In this document: positions 38,930-52,180 of the stretch, piece by piece
Numbering within the stretch: position 1 is the stretch's first letter
Layout of the letters: every line of letters starts with the position of its first letter
Assembly: GCF_006345805.1 (NCBI RefSeq)
Contig: NC_043008.1
Location: forward strand, 9,362,001 to 9,426,000
Direction of reading: 5' to 3'
DNA length: 64,000 bases
Source of the DNA: Octopus sinensis
Taxonomy: Eukaryota
The notes under the pieces: generated by a model
What the model saw: the letters and a program-made list of their open reading frames with translations, nothing else
Told to the model about the DNA's origin: nothing
The model's database searches: none
Translations under genes and position numbers: made by a program

Positions 38930-39200
38930 CATCTTCACGGACGATTACAGTCTCTTTGAGGTTCCTCGTTGTCCATATGTATTTCTAATTTTCCGTCCAT
39001 GACCTCTCACATGACTATTCAATCCTGCTGCAGATCTACATGGCATGGAGTAAACGTGATAGACGAAAGTCGTAACTTACCGAGTGCTTCCAATTGGTTA
39101 GGTCTGCACACGTCAACACTTTTCCATAGGCCTAGACCTTTCGGAAAATGGGATGACAAATGAGGACATCCGAAAGAGACAGCTGCACGTCATTGGGTTA
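38930..39200 (-). mobile_element. Old RTE LINE 3' end with C2H2 remnant
   Basis: Minus TTFVYHVYSMPCRSAAGLNSHVRGHGR. Confidence 0.6.
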
Positions 39201-39202
39201 TA

Positions 39203-39204
<2 letters not shown>

Positions 39205-39257
<53 letters not shown>

Positions 39258-39581
39258 GGGGAAAGAGAGAGAGACAAACATATACATACAGACAGTATAC
39301 ATATATAAATATATATATTTGTATATATATATATACATATATATACATGTATGTAGGTACGTATGTATGTATATATATATATATGTATATATATGTGTAT
39401 ATATATGTATACATATATATATATATATATAGTAGAATAAGAAATAGAATTCCTTGGTACAATATCATATATTTGAACAAATGAATAGAAATGTCCTTTC
39501 TGATAATTTTTCCACGTGAAAAAATTATCTGAAAAACCATTTCTATTCATTTTTTTCAAATATGTATGTATGAGTGTGTGT

Positions 39582-39612
<31 letters not shown>

Positions 39613-39825
39613 CACGCATACATACACATGCATGAATATATATATATATATATATATATATCACGCATACATACACATGTATGAATATATATATATATAC
39701 ACGCATACATACACATGCATGAATATATATATATATATACACGCATACATACATGCAAACATACATCACATACATACATATACATATACACAGACACATA
39801 CACACACGCCTGCATATATATGCAT
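39205..39825. repeat. (TA)/(GA) microsatellites and a variable-length (TA)n-cacgcatacatacacatg minisatellite
   Basis: About 4 units visible at 39590-39760. Confidence 0.9.
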
Positions 39826-40819
39826 TTGAAGCAAAATAATGTTAATGAATGAAAAGTGAGAAAACAGACAGACCAATGAAATGAGTAGATAGTTGCCTAT
39901 ATACGAATTCCCCTCGGGCGCTCAAATGGCTTCCCCAATAAACCGGCTTCCACGCTGCCTTTGGCTGTGTTTTTTTTTCTCGATATCTCTCTCTCTCTCT
40001 CTCTCTCTCTTCCTAAGGCCATGGTAAGATTGCTGTGCACAAAAGCAAAATACGGCAAAAACCAAGACTACAGAAAACGAAAAACAGAGTGGTATCCATT
40101 GAAACTCCCCATAAGGTAGGGATAACATAGGGAGGTTGGTTTGGCATCTAAGAAGAGCGATATTATTTTTCTGAAACGAGTTATAATTTCACCGATAAAC
40201 ACGTATTCAGAAAACACATCAAAAGAGAGAACCGGGGGTCGATTAACTCTGTTTATGTGTGTAGGTAACCGGAAGTTGGATTTCCACCATTACGCAGTCA
40301 TATCTCAGTTTGATTACTTTTGATGAATTTAAAAGTACAGGCATCATGGTAACCCAACAGGAGCCTCCTGGTTTGATCGTGAAGTTATTTAAGAAACGAA
40401 AGTAAATAGAGTAGAATTGGGTCACAGTTTTTTTTTTACATTACCCTCATGCATGATTATATATAGTTATGTAAGTAGGGGCGGAGGATAAATCGCGCGT
40501 ACGTGCGTATGTGTACGTGTGTATATGTGCACGCCCATTTTGGAAGTTAGAAACATAAAAAGTACTCGGTAGTCCATGCATATATGACCTTATTAATTAA
40601 TGAGGAGTAGTGACGGTTTGAAGCTCAGGTGAGAATAACTTAGAATACATACATACAAACATACATACGTACACAGAGAGATAGACAGACAGATAGATAG
40701 ATACATACATACATACATACATACATACATACATAAATTGATGTAAAATTCTTCATATCATAACTGAATATAAAAGCAAACTAATTAATATATATTATAT
40801 AGATATATATATATATAAT

Positions 40820-41173
40820 ATATTATTTATTATTTGAGGGAATAAAATCCAAACTTACAAGGAAAAAGAATTCAATTTAGAAATACTAAATCAAATTCTA
40901 CCAAATCAAATAGGTTTTCTACCTATTATATACATTATATTATTCTTGTAATTTACTTAATCTTTACTTTTTAATTGTTATTCTAATTTTAACTTTTCTA
41001 TTATATGTAATTTTCTAGATGGTGTAATTTAATTACTCATTTTGAATTGATAAAGGGTATTTTTTCTAATATTTTATATATATTATATTGTGTGGAATTT
41101 GATTTAGTATTTCTAAATTGAATTCTTTTTCCTTGTAAGTTTGGATTTTATTCCCTCAAATAATAAATAATAT
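40820..41173. mobile_element. Foldback element with perfect 79-bp inverted repeats in (TA)n
   Basis: 40820-40898 is the exact reverse complement of 41095-41173; AT-rich 196-bp spacer. Confidence 0.85.
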
Positions 41174-41199
41174 ATATATATATATATTAATTAGTTTTT

Positions 41200-41569
41200 C
41201 TCAGTTCTACTGGTTGTGGGTCTCCCAGAACATTCATTAATATCGACATTTTTTCAGCCATCTTGGAAACGTCTGAACTACTCATACACTTATGCACAGT
41301 TCATACACTCTTCTCTACACTTTCTGCAACTCTGCGCAGGCCTCTGAGCCGGTATCGCCATGACAACTTTGTCATGGTCAATGCGACGATCACACGCTAC
41401 ACACGTTCCTTTCAAACACTGCTGCAAACAGCAGAAATGAACTAGAACGTTAAAACTTAGTGCGCATGCACAGAATATTTCAAGGTAAATGTTTGCTTAG
41501 CGGCTTCACTCTGTGTGCTTTAGCTTCGTTACTATGGCAAGAGTCCGGATACTTATTGATCAGACCTCG
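41200..41569 (-). mobile_element. Mariner 5' fragment (same family as 37932-38205)
   Basis: TIR cgaggtctgatcaataagtatccggact; minus VYE*FRRFQDG*KNV...SGRPTTSRTEK, a mariner HTH region. Confidence 0.75.
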
Positions 41570-41579
41570 TGTGTGTACG

Positions 41580-41730
41580 ATGGGCTTGTTTCAATTTCCC
41601 AATTTCCTTCTACCAAATCCACTCATAAGATTTTTAGTCGGCTTGGGGCTATGGGGGAAGACGCCGCAAAGTGGGACTGAACCCATTACCACTCGGCTGG
41701 GAACCAAAATCCTTACCTACACACACAATT
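41580..41730 (-). mobile_element. SINE family H 5' fragment
   Basis: gggttcagtcccactttgcggcgtcttccccc..gagtggatttggtagaagg. Confidence 0.6.
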
Positions 41731-42664
41731 CAGCACATCATCTCCTCATCACCAAACATCTGTTTGCATGTTTGTGTCCGTTAGTCTCTTTGTCAGTATT
41801 AACAGAGATGATAAAAATGACTTGCTTGTAATGTTTTCGTATGTTCGACAGACGATATCTTTTCGGGGTTTATAACAGAAGAGATTTTGCCAGGAATGGA
41901 TTACAACAGATCCAAATACGCCAACTTCCCCAACAATCGTAATATAATAATGATTATTTCTTCTTCAGATACAAAACCTGTCAGAAAGGTGGATAAGCGA
42001 TTCAACCGATGCTTGTAGAAGCTTCTTTTTCGTTTCTTCTTAACCTAGTCCAGAGAGATGAAAAAGAAAGCAAATTCTTTGCAGGATTTGAACTCAAAAA
42101 TCGAATCCTAAAAGGCTTCGGTATTTTACGGCTTCTTGTCACACATTGCCTGCCACTCATAATTATTATGCTTGATAACTTTCTGTTATGATCAAGTTTC
42201 TAGTCTGCTGTGTGATCTTGATAAAATTTACAGTCTGAAGTGCTACAAGGATGTTACAATTTCTATGGCGTCTTTGTACAATGATGTGTCGTCAGGTCGC
42301 CACTGGAGATTTCGGCCTTATATTTTCTGTCTGTGCCAAATCAGTTTTTTCAAAAATCATTTTTCTTCAATTTCATACCAAGGGGAAGAGCTGAACGCAA
42401 CAGCTATCTGATACGTTTTATAGCAGTTGTAGTATTTTGAAACTGGTTATCTGGACATTTTGAGAGATGCATCACAACGTCAAAAAAACAAAACAAAGTA
42501 ACGGTGTTACAACAATAATATTTAAACTTGTAAGTCAAAAGCTTCTCAATCCAGCCTTCTAGGGTTTTCAATGGTAGGAAAAACTGAAGACACAATTGCT
42601 AGATTTCTTACTTCCTTTCCTTTGTAGATCTAAAACAAAACATGTGTGTTGTAAATTGCCTTCG

Positions 42665-42666
42665 TT

Positions 42667-42763
<97 letters not shown>

Positions 42764-42825
42764 TAATAATAATAATAATAATAATAATCATAATAATCAT
42801 GATTATTATTATTATTATTATCATT
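42665..42825. repeat. (CAA)/(TAA)/(ATT)n
   Basis: Directly visible. Confidence 0.95.
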
Positions 42826-43043
42826 AAGGTGGGGAGCTGGCAGAATCGTTAACACGCCGGGCGAAATGCTTAGCGGTCTTTAGTCCGTCGCTACGTTCTG
42901 TCTTCATATTCTACCGTGGTCGACTTCGCCTTTCATTATTTGGGGTCGGTAAAATAAGTACCAGTCAAGCATTGGGGTCGATGTAATCAACCTGCACCCT
43001 CGCATAAAATTGCAGGCCTTGCGCCTATAACAGAAACGATTAT
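42826..43043 (+). mobile_element. SINE family A
   Basis: Full-length copy. Confidence 0.85.
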
Positions 43044-43589
43044 TGACACCATAATTAGCATCGTCGTAAGAAGCCTCTCACGCGGCATTGCTGTCACTGC
43101 GTTTGTCATTCCATGAATGGGGAATTATTAAAGATTTTGTGCTTCAATGAATAACTTAATCTCCAATCTCGTTCAACAAATGAATTCTCGATTTAGGGTC
43201 ACCATCCACCAAACATGTCGCTAGAGCGACAACATCAGCAACACAAATTTATTTTAGCATGTCTATTAATCTGTGGGATCGATATATACCATCTGTATCA
43301 ATGGCATTCAATACTGTTATTGTTAAAACAATTCCTATTTAGGAAATTACTAAACATACGGTCTTTTCTGCAAATGAGTCGATTTTGGAATGTAAATCTT
43401 ACCTGAAGATTGCATATTTCGATCCTGTTATCTGTCAAAAGATTAACTAGATTATTCCTTTAAGAGTTTACCAATCCTATGAATTTTCTATTAAGGTATA
43501 GAATCAATAAGAACTACCAATTTCGTTGTCTAAATATGGCCACTGCTCTGAATTTCTGTCAGTAAGGTGTTTAATATTGTAGGTGATAC

Positions 43590-44043
43590 AAGGTGGCGAG
43601 CTGGCAGAATTGTTAGCATGGTCAGGCGAAATGTTTAGCGGTATTTCGTCTGCCGTTACGTTCTGAGTTCAAATTCCGCCGAGGTCGACTTTGCCTTTCA
43701 TCCTTTCGGGGTCGATTAAATAAGTACCATTTACGCACTGGGATCGATATAATCGACTTAATCCCTTTGTCTGTCCTTGTTTGTCCCCTCTATGTTTAGC
43801 CCCTTGTGGGTACTAAAGAAAAAGGTATTTCATCTTGTCTTTACGTTCTCTGTTCAAATTCCGCCGAGGTCGACTTTGCCTTTCATCCTTTTGGAGTCGA
43901 TTATTAATCCGTCGAGGTCGACTTTGCCGAAAGGATGAAAGGCAAAGTCGACCTCGTCGGAATTTGAACTCAGAACGTAGCGGCAGACAAAATACCGCTA
44001 AAAATTTCGCCCGGCGCGTTAACGTTTCTGCCAGCTCGCCGCC
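43590..44043. mobile_element. SINE A2+A dimer (+) fused to an inverted SINE A 5' half (-)
   Basis: A2 at 43590-43825, partial A body at 43826-43893, then the reverse copy at 43929-44043. Confidence 0.9.
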
Positions 44044-44399
44044 TTTCTGCTAGTGATATACTATTAAACAGAAATCGCTATCTCTAACTTGTCCTTAACA
44101 ATCTGTAACTTTGAACCAATCAGAGCAATCTATATATATCTTTGGTTGAAATCAGAGCAATCTATATATATATCTTTGGTAAAAACTGACTGTAACATTC
44201 TATCTGTCTTTTTAAATGATCACAGTGTAATCCCAGCATAGTGCTTCTCTCAATACACTGTGAAGTCAATATCTTTCTTTTTTTTCTTTCTTAAAAAAAT
44301 GATAAAGAAGTAAATTCCAAGTTAAATTACAAAATAATATTCTTTTAAAATAGTAACAAACCATTGATTCGTCCTCTAATTTGCAATACACATGGACAC

Positions 44400-44430
44400 A
44401 CGTATACACATATATGCATATATACGCACG

Positions 44431-44509
<79 letters not shown>

Positions 44510-44780
44510 TCGTACATGCATATTTACGTATGTGTATATGTGTGTGTATGTGTGTGTGTGCGGGTTTGTGTGCACATGTATATGTATGTACGAATGTTGG
44601 AATCTATATATGTGAGTACATGTATGTACATATAGACGGATGTATGTAGTTAATTGTGTATATAGTTGTGTGAATGTGTACATATGTATATGTGTGTGTA
44701 TTTGTATGTATATATGTATGTGTGTATATGTACGTATATACGTATGTGTGCACATATGTGTGTGTATGTATGTATGTGCG
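44400..44780. repeat. (CA)/(TA)/(GT) microsatellite
   Basis: Directly visible. Confidence 0.95.
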
Positions 44781-45444
44781 TTTACTGGTCAATATAAAGT
44801 CTAACATCTCTTTTAATACCCTTCGGTTCTCTCCAGACAAATGGAATTGAAATTCAGTTGTCTCTGGTTAATTGGAATTGGAATGGAAACATGATCGAAG
44901 AGGAAAATACAAAATAAGATAGTGGAACGAGATAAAAATAGCCAGAACTTCATTCCGCTCATATCTATTGGCCTTTTATTTCATTATGTCGTAGGACTGA
45001 AAGAATTACTCATGGAACCGCTTCGTTGTCAGCGCTTCTATCGGGATTCAAATCTCCTTTAACCCTATTATAGGCCCCGAGGGAAACGTGTTGCATGATT
45101 AGGGATTAATGCTTGTCTGTCAATCTAAAATTGCTCTTTAGCCCGGAGTCAGCCCTGATCTAGCAAATCTAGAATCAAAGGCAGTCTAAATGTGACCATA
45201 CCGCCTTTCATTTTCTCACTCACAAAGTATTTATGGCCACAACGTTTAATGTGTCTTTTTCTTTTTCTTCTTCAAAGAAAATACAGTGTGTGAAAGAAGT
45301 AGGGTTAGCTGTTATTTCCACAAGGTCGAGCGACTGAAGGCTTTTAATATAGTTGTTGTTGATGTTGTCGTTTAGTGGCAGATCAACGAGGGGAATGAAA
45401 ATAAACTTTATCGTCTCTAAAACGTCTTTTTCAAAATCTTTTAT

Positions 45445-45820
45445 TTATTTTACTTGTTTCAGTCATTGAACTGTGGCTATGCTGAGGCACAGCCTTGAAG
45501 GGTTTAGTCCAAAAAACTTGACCTCAGTACTTATATTTTAAGCTAGTACATATTTCATCGTTTTTTTTCCGAACAGCTAAGTTGCGAGACATAAACAAAC
45601 CAACACCTGTTGTAAAGTGGTGGTGCTAGAGAACAAACACAAACTCACACATACATATAGGACGGGCTTCCGTACAGTTTTTGACTACCAGAGTCACTCG
45701 CAGTGCAATGGCCGATCCGGGGCTATGGTAGAAAATATTTGTCCAGGGTATCGTGGGAATGAACCCGAAACCGCGTGGTTGCAAATCGAACTCTTTAACC
45801 ACACAGCAATGTCTGCACCT
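45445..45820 (-). mobile_element. SINE family H
   Basis: Homologous to 15165-15590 end to end. Confidence 0.8.
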
Positions 45821-46029
45821 TATGTATTGCTCTTTATTTTTTATTTTTTATTTTTTTGCATTGGTACATGGCCACAAACTATGTAGGGGGATTACATATA
45901 TACATGGTGATTGCTCCATGTATATATTTGGACTCAGAAAATCCAAGTTTCGTTTCACTTAGCATTATCGAGTGGTAACTCAAACCGATGCAAGATTCCA
46001 GGTGTTTCAATAAAACCTATGATAAAGAG

Positions 46030-46031
46030 AA

Positions 46032-46103
<72 letters not shown>

Positions 46104-46212
46104 TAATAATAATAATAATAATAATGTCACGATTATTTCATCAGTACTGTACCTACGATGATATGCAACTGCTGCTGCTGCTGCTACTACTACTACTACT
46201 ACTACACTACTA

Positions 46213-46265
<53 letters not shown>

Positions 46266-46351
46266 AGTAGTAGTAGTAGTGTCACGGTCGTTTCATCAGC
46301 ACTATAACTACGATGACACTACTACTACTACTGCAGCTGCTACTGCTGCTG

Positions 46352-46384
<33 letters not shown>

Positions 46385-46470
46385 ATACTAATACTACTAC
46401 TACTACAGTCTATACTTGTACCGTTACGACAAGGAACTACACCAACGTCAACAACAACACAACAAAACAA
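46030..46470. repeat. (AAT)n and (CTG/CTA/TAG)n arrays
   Basis: Directly visible. Confidence 0.95.
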
Positions 46471-47519
46471 CAACAACGCTGAATCTAATATCGACCATAT
46501 TGTCAAAAGCGTTCAGTTTAATCCTCTTTTTACTGATAACTTATGCATTTAAACAAGTTTCTGGGTCTTATCTGAGTTGGAATCGTGAAATGGCATTGTA
46601 TTTGTGTCTTCGTGTTGAGCTTACTTCTAATGATAATATCTGATTACTGCAACCACTACCACCACCAGTTGCACCTCCACCAACACCGTGACCCAAACCA
46701 CCACCACAACTGCCGTTGCCGCTGCCGCCGCCATTACCTCCACCATCAAAACCATCACCACTAACATAACCATAACTATATGCATCGTTACTCTCTCTTT
46801 CACTCCCGCTTTTTCTCATCTCTCTCTATTCCCCCCCCCCCCCCCCATGTTATTTAATATTTGATAACCATTTATAAATGGAAATTCAACATCTTTATTG
46901 TTAAGCTTAACACCATTCCCCCTGCAAGCTGAAGCCACCAAACATTCTCACGTATCGTTTGAGATTATTTCACTTGTTTAGCTCGCTTATGTTGTTAGGA
47001 ATGGCATGAAATCATCAGTTCTCTCCACAAATATACGGTCAAGTCATAAAGAAATACAGACGAAACATTTTTCACGAACGATTGAGTTCATTTCATTCGA
47101 TGTACATCACAGAAAGGATAAGCTCTCGTAAAGATGCGTCCATTCAAGCATTTCGAATCCCATTTGGGATTGTTTGATTTGATATTTTTCACTTATGCAC
47201 TTGAAAAAGTTATGAACATAAACATATCTCGGTTTCCTTTCACTACAGTCTGTCAAAGTTCTTGTCGAAATAAATTGAAATTTATAAATGTAAATTGAAA
47301 ACTTACGATGATATCGTCATGGGGTATATTCTATCAGAAAGTCTACGATATATCATAGACACGATGCTTTCTTAGCACTGAGTGTCTCCTTTTCTGGTAA
47401 CTCAAACCAATAAGAAGTTTTATTTCTCGATAAGAAAAATCAACACCAGAATTTAAAGCTCCCAAAAGTCCCCTGACGCTTCATCTTGGAGGAAATGCCA
47501 CAGGGGAAATAAAGTTAAA

Positions 47520-47780
47520 GACCTTACTCATGTCTGTAGTTTAGTGGTGATCTGCCCTTAAGCAGGTCCAGCGCATGTGAATCTTATCCAGCACACTCTG
47601 TACGACCTGGGAGAGCCCGTACCCTCCACTGCTGCAATTAAGTAGATTACTGGAGTTTCGTCTCTGATGACTAGCTTTAAGATGAATAATGGAGTGGTTT
47701 TCCGTTGCCTTCTCCAGGTAGGCGGGATTTGGACTCAGAAAATTCAAGTTTCGTTTCACTTAGCATTGTCGAGTGCTAGA
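47520..47780 (-). mobile_element. tRNA-headed SINE with a Bov-A/RTE-like segment (head fragment also at 45927-45974)
   Basis: Minus: B-box-like gagtccaaatccc, then cctggagaaggcaacggaaaaccactcca; the 48-bp head is 46/48 identical to 45927-45974. Confidence 0.55.
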
Positions 47781-49182
47781 GTTCTTCATGGCAGACAGTT
47801 GCAGCACAGCAAAACTCAAGAGGGATTTTTTTTATTTTGCAGTGATGAGTACGGATCAGTAGAAAATAATTACAAGCCATCACAATGTATCCCTCTCTTA
47901 AATCACAGCATGTCACAGACTAAGTCGTTATTGATATCCTGGCGACCCAAAAGAGACACGGAACTAAAAATATTGCTTTCAAAATTTTTGTCATGTTTAT
48001 GTATGAAATAGCTCATATTGTTAGTTTTTGTAGTTATTTTTTCGAAAATAAATTCTTCTGAATTCATTATTAATTCATAACATCAGAATCAAAGGGAAAA
48101 CTAATTTCGAGTTACGAGATTGATTTCGTATTACAAGTTTTTTCTCGAATGTAGTACTTTTCCAATGCAGAGGTTCTTGTACAAACGATTCAGTGACGAT
48201 TAAAAACAAGTGTCGATACTGACTATAGGGGTAACTAAAACAAATGAAGATGGAGATACGACAATTGGGGAGATACAATAACGTTCAGAATGAGATGGAG
48301 GGGTAAACAATACGTAAATAAATTAGGAAATCTAAATATGTTTGAATTTGGAGTAGTTAAGAGGTGACCATAAGGAATTTCAGTCTGATATTCACTGAAC
48401 TCAAATTTAGCACTGAACAGTTAAAAATATAAGTTAAAATCATTAGTTACATAGAAAACAAAGCTATCATATCACGCCCATACAAACAACGAACACTAAA
48501 TATTTTGTGGTTTAACCCACTATTCAGCCTCGTTGTACGCTTAGCACTTCTTTAAAATCACAACACTAAGCGCTTTTTAAAAATAATTATATGCATACTT
48601 CCCCACCATCCATAGCTACCACGAAATCCATAAAATATTGAGCCAAAACAATATAAAATTAAGTTATGAATATTTAACTGACTTTGCATCGCAGTTAGAC
48701 TGCATCAACACAAAAAATCTCTTCCCCATGTGACATCGTTTATCATAAAACCGTACCAATTCCCAAGATGATATCAAGCTGCATGTTAGCCTTACAGAAT
48801 CTACCGTTTGTTGTATTGAAGTTTTCACCAACTACAACCTCGGGGGATCCAAAATCTCCACTGGACACAAAACGAAACGGAATGACAGAATGCTGATATT
48901 TGAATGGTCAATGTGTTTCTGCCGTGTGCTAGTGAAGTCATAAAGGTTGTTTGTAATCATTGTATACGAGATACATATCACCAACGCTCATTAGTATATG
49001 GTTACAGGAATACTCAAATGTCTGCGTTTCTTTATTCCTTTCCCGCTTTCCGTCCTGCTGAACACCTGACTAACAAAAGACCTAAAACGTTCGGGAATAT
49101 TTCGCTGCATACATTTTGATGTATGATACATGTTCCTGTGTTGGTAATTATACCTGTCCTAAACAAAACGGCATTACTTTTT

Positions 49183-49221
<39 letters not shown>

Positions 49222-49269
49222 CAAAATAATAAGTAAAACATATGCATATATACATGCATATATGTACGT

Positions 49270-49600
49270 ACCTACATCTATAAGTATATATACATGCATA
49301 TATGGGTACACGGAGTAGACGAAACGGAGGCGGCTGAAGAAGGGGAATTTTCCTTGTGTTGTATGTCTTGTACCCTGTTTTTTCGTTGTTTAAAAAATGT
49401 CTGTTTCCACGGTTCTGTTTTTATGTTTTCGTTTCTCATGGTGTTCGACGTTTTTTTCGTGTCCTGTACCTATATATGCACGTATATACACATGTAGATG
49501 TAGGTACGTACATATATGTATGTATATATGCATACGTTTTATTTATTATTTTGTTATTATATGATGGAACGCCACGCATCCACTTCCAAGTAAGTTTTAT
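49270..49600 (+). mobile_element. Family C foldback element
   Basis: tgcatatatgggtaca..gga / tcctgtacctatatatgca inverted ends; homologous to 20890-21195. Confidence 0.75.
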
Positions 49601-49609
49601 CTATATACA

Positions 49610-49696
<87 letters not shown>

Positions 49697-49699
49697 TGA

Positions 49700-49892
49700 C
49701 CTCGTGTGTACCGTTAGTGATTTTTTCCTCTGTCTTCCCTTCTCTGGATCTTTCCTTCTCCTATGTTTCCGACGAAGAGCTCCGCTCGAAACGTTAAACC
49801 CTCATTCTCTCCTTCTTTCTTGAGCGTCCAATAATACTATATTTGTTCCACGTCCTCGCGTTGTTGTGTTTTTTTGTGCTTTCTTATTTGGA
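49700..49892 (+). mobile_element. PLE-type terminal-repeat element in (TA)n
   Basis: Homologous to 10600-10775. Confidence 0.7.
49765..49799 (+). ncRNA. Minimal type-I hammerhead-like motif, U4C core variant
   Basis: GUUU-CCGACGA-A-GAGC(UCC)GCUC-GAAA-CG-UU-AAAC: perfect 4-bp stems I and II, palindromic AACGUU stem III. Confidence 0.65.
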
Positions 49893-49912
49893 TTAACTAT
49901 ATATATATATAT

Positions 49913-49952
<40 letters not shown>

Positions 49953-50584
49953 GTGCATATAGATGTATCTATAGGTATGTACATATTCATATGTGTACGT
50001 ATCAGTATACGTATGTGTGTGCGCGTGCCTGTCTATGTGCGTGTGTGTGTGTATGTACGCGTGCCTGTGCGTGTGCGCGTGCGTGGCTGTGTACTTTAAT
50101 AGCCTCTTGGTCTAATTGCATTTCTTCTATTTCCTTGATTTTCAACAGACTATGGTGCCATTACCAGTTAACATTTGAAATACTCGAAAAACGCCAATAT
50201 AAATAATTACGTAAAGCATTAAAAACAAACATTTAACAAAAGGGACAAATATGAGAAATTAAACGATAATGTCTACCATTGTCCAATACAGGTAAGTACG
50301 AATTTTTTTTATTTCTGAGCAAGAAACATAACATCCGTGGGTTCAGTTCTCGTGGTTGCGTGTAGTACGGTTCAGACCTGTAAGAAACCTTTCCAAACTT
50401 CTCCAGATCATGTCCACACGGAGAAGAAAACGATGAATAAAATCTATTTCAGTGTATCTAACCTATTATTTGAAAAATATGACCACAATTCACCTACATT
50501 TGTTTACCATTTAAAGTATATTATCGAAAGTTGTCTCTTTTCTTTTTTCTTTTTCATATTTATAGCTAATCCGAAGTTATGTTG

Positions 50585-50965
50585 TGTGTGTGTTGTTGTT
50601 GTTGTTTAAGCAACAAGACGGGTAAGGGTCTAGGGCTTAGGGGCTGGAGACTCCAGACCTTGGAAAAAAAACTTTGGTCATCTTGTTGTAGTCGAGGGCT
50701 CTTCGTTGACGCCTGATACCACTGGGAGGTGGCCCTCCAGGTCCAAATTCTTGAACGGTTGTGTGTGTGTTGTTAAGCAACAAGATGGGTAAGGGTGATT
50801 AGGTGGTGGTCTAGGGCTTAGGGGCGGGAGACCCCAGACCTTGGAAAAAAAGAAAACTTTGGTCGTCTTGTTGTAGTCGAGCGCTCTTCGTTGATGCCCG
50901 ACACCACTGGGAGGTGGTCCTCGAAGTCACAGGAAATGGGGATCTCCAGGTCCAAATTCTTGAAC
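50585..50965 (-). repeat. Tandem pair of retroelement-like 3' tails ending in (AAC)n
   Basis: Two copies of about 170-210 bp (50585-50758, 50760-50965) differing by two indels; each ends ..cttgttgcttaa(a)caacaac on the minus strand. Confidence 0.7.
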
Positions 50966-50974
50966 GGCTGTGCA

Positions 50975-51010
<36 letters not shown>

Positions 51011-51654
51011 CTTCTGTTTTTTATTATTTAAATTCCTCCTTTGTAGAAGGAGTTGGTTTCTAAGAAAGATACAAAGCTCCATCGTAAGAATGTAGATAAC
51101 GGAAGCAATGTCTCTCTGCCTGTATGTGCGTACGTATGTATGTATGTATGTATGTATGTATGTATGTATGTATGTATGTATGTATGTATGTATGTATGCG
51201 CGTACGTACGTACGTGTGTATCTATGTATGCATGTATTTATGTACATTTATATACACGTGAGTGTATTGAAGTGAATGTTCTAATACTTTCGTCGTTGTT
51301 TACAGGAAATTTAAGAAGAACGAATATGAATCAGCAATTATCTTTCTTTCACACTGTAATGGCGAGGATGGCTCTGGAAATCAATTTCAGAAAAGTCTCT
51401 TGTGTTAATTTGTTACTTAATAAGTGACTTCTTGTTTGAAAGTCTCCTGATATGGCTGTCTGTGCAAGAAAACAAATATATTATCCACAAACATTTGTTG
51501 CTGGTTGTTAGATTTTTTTTTTCATTTTTAAAGATTAGTGAGTTTCTTGAAATCTATACTGTCATCATAACACGTTAAGCAAGGTTGTTCTGGAGTTCAC
51601 ATTCATTATTCTGACATCTTCACAAAAGGATAGGGAAATTACGAATTTCTATAA

Positions 51655-51830
51655 ACTTGTTTGTTCGTGGTGAAGATCTGTGGCCTTGTGGTTGGAGTAT
51701 TGCACTCACGGTCGACAACTCGTGGCTTCGATTCGTGGAGTAGATGGGCTGTTGTGTCCTTGAGCAAACCACTTCATTTCGTGTTGCTCCGTTCTATCTA
51801 GTTGTAAATGAATGACCATGTTATGACCAA
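51655..51830 (+). mobile_element. Old tRNA/CORE-like SINE
   Basis: tggccttgtggttgg A-box, gcttcgattc B-box, gtccttgagcaaaccacttcat. Confidence 0.5.
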
Positions 51831-51999
51831 TGTCCAGTTCAAAGTGGAATGTTATGCTCTCGGTCACTTATACGCCTTGGAAATCAAGTAATCGACCCAA
51901 TGAGTTTCAGGACACGAGACAATAGTCTCCAGATGTCCAAATATTTATGATGAGGATATTGATTGGTGCATTTATTATTTGCGAACATATTTTAATCGT

Positions 52000-52180
52000 T
52001 AGCACACCGGACAAAATGCTTAACCTCATTTCAACCAGCTCTACGTTCTGAGTTCGACTTTGCTTTTCATCCTTTCGGAGTAGACAAAAGAAGTTCCTGT
52101 TGAGGAGAGGGGTCGATGTAACCGACTAGCCTCCTCCCACGAAACATCAGGCTTTGTGCATATTGTAGAAAAGATTATTT
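52000..52180 (+). mobile_element. SINE family A, diverged
   Basis: cgttagcacaccgg..gagttcgactttgcttttcatcctttcgg. Confidence 0.7.

Noticed and set aside
46826-46847. Poly-C run (G-quadruplex potential on the minus strand); also a G-run at 5551-5567
   Set aside because: Simple homopolymers without contextual support.
47530-47690. Exon-like block with a gtaagg donor on the minus strand and a ctgatga motif
   Set aside because: Stops in all frames; lies within a SINE; no hammerhead topology.
50223-50297. Strong donor CAG|GTAAGT with a short open frame
   Set aside because: No credible upstream acceptor or start; a stop lies 23 codons upstream.
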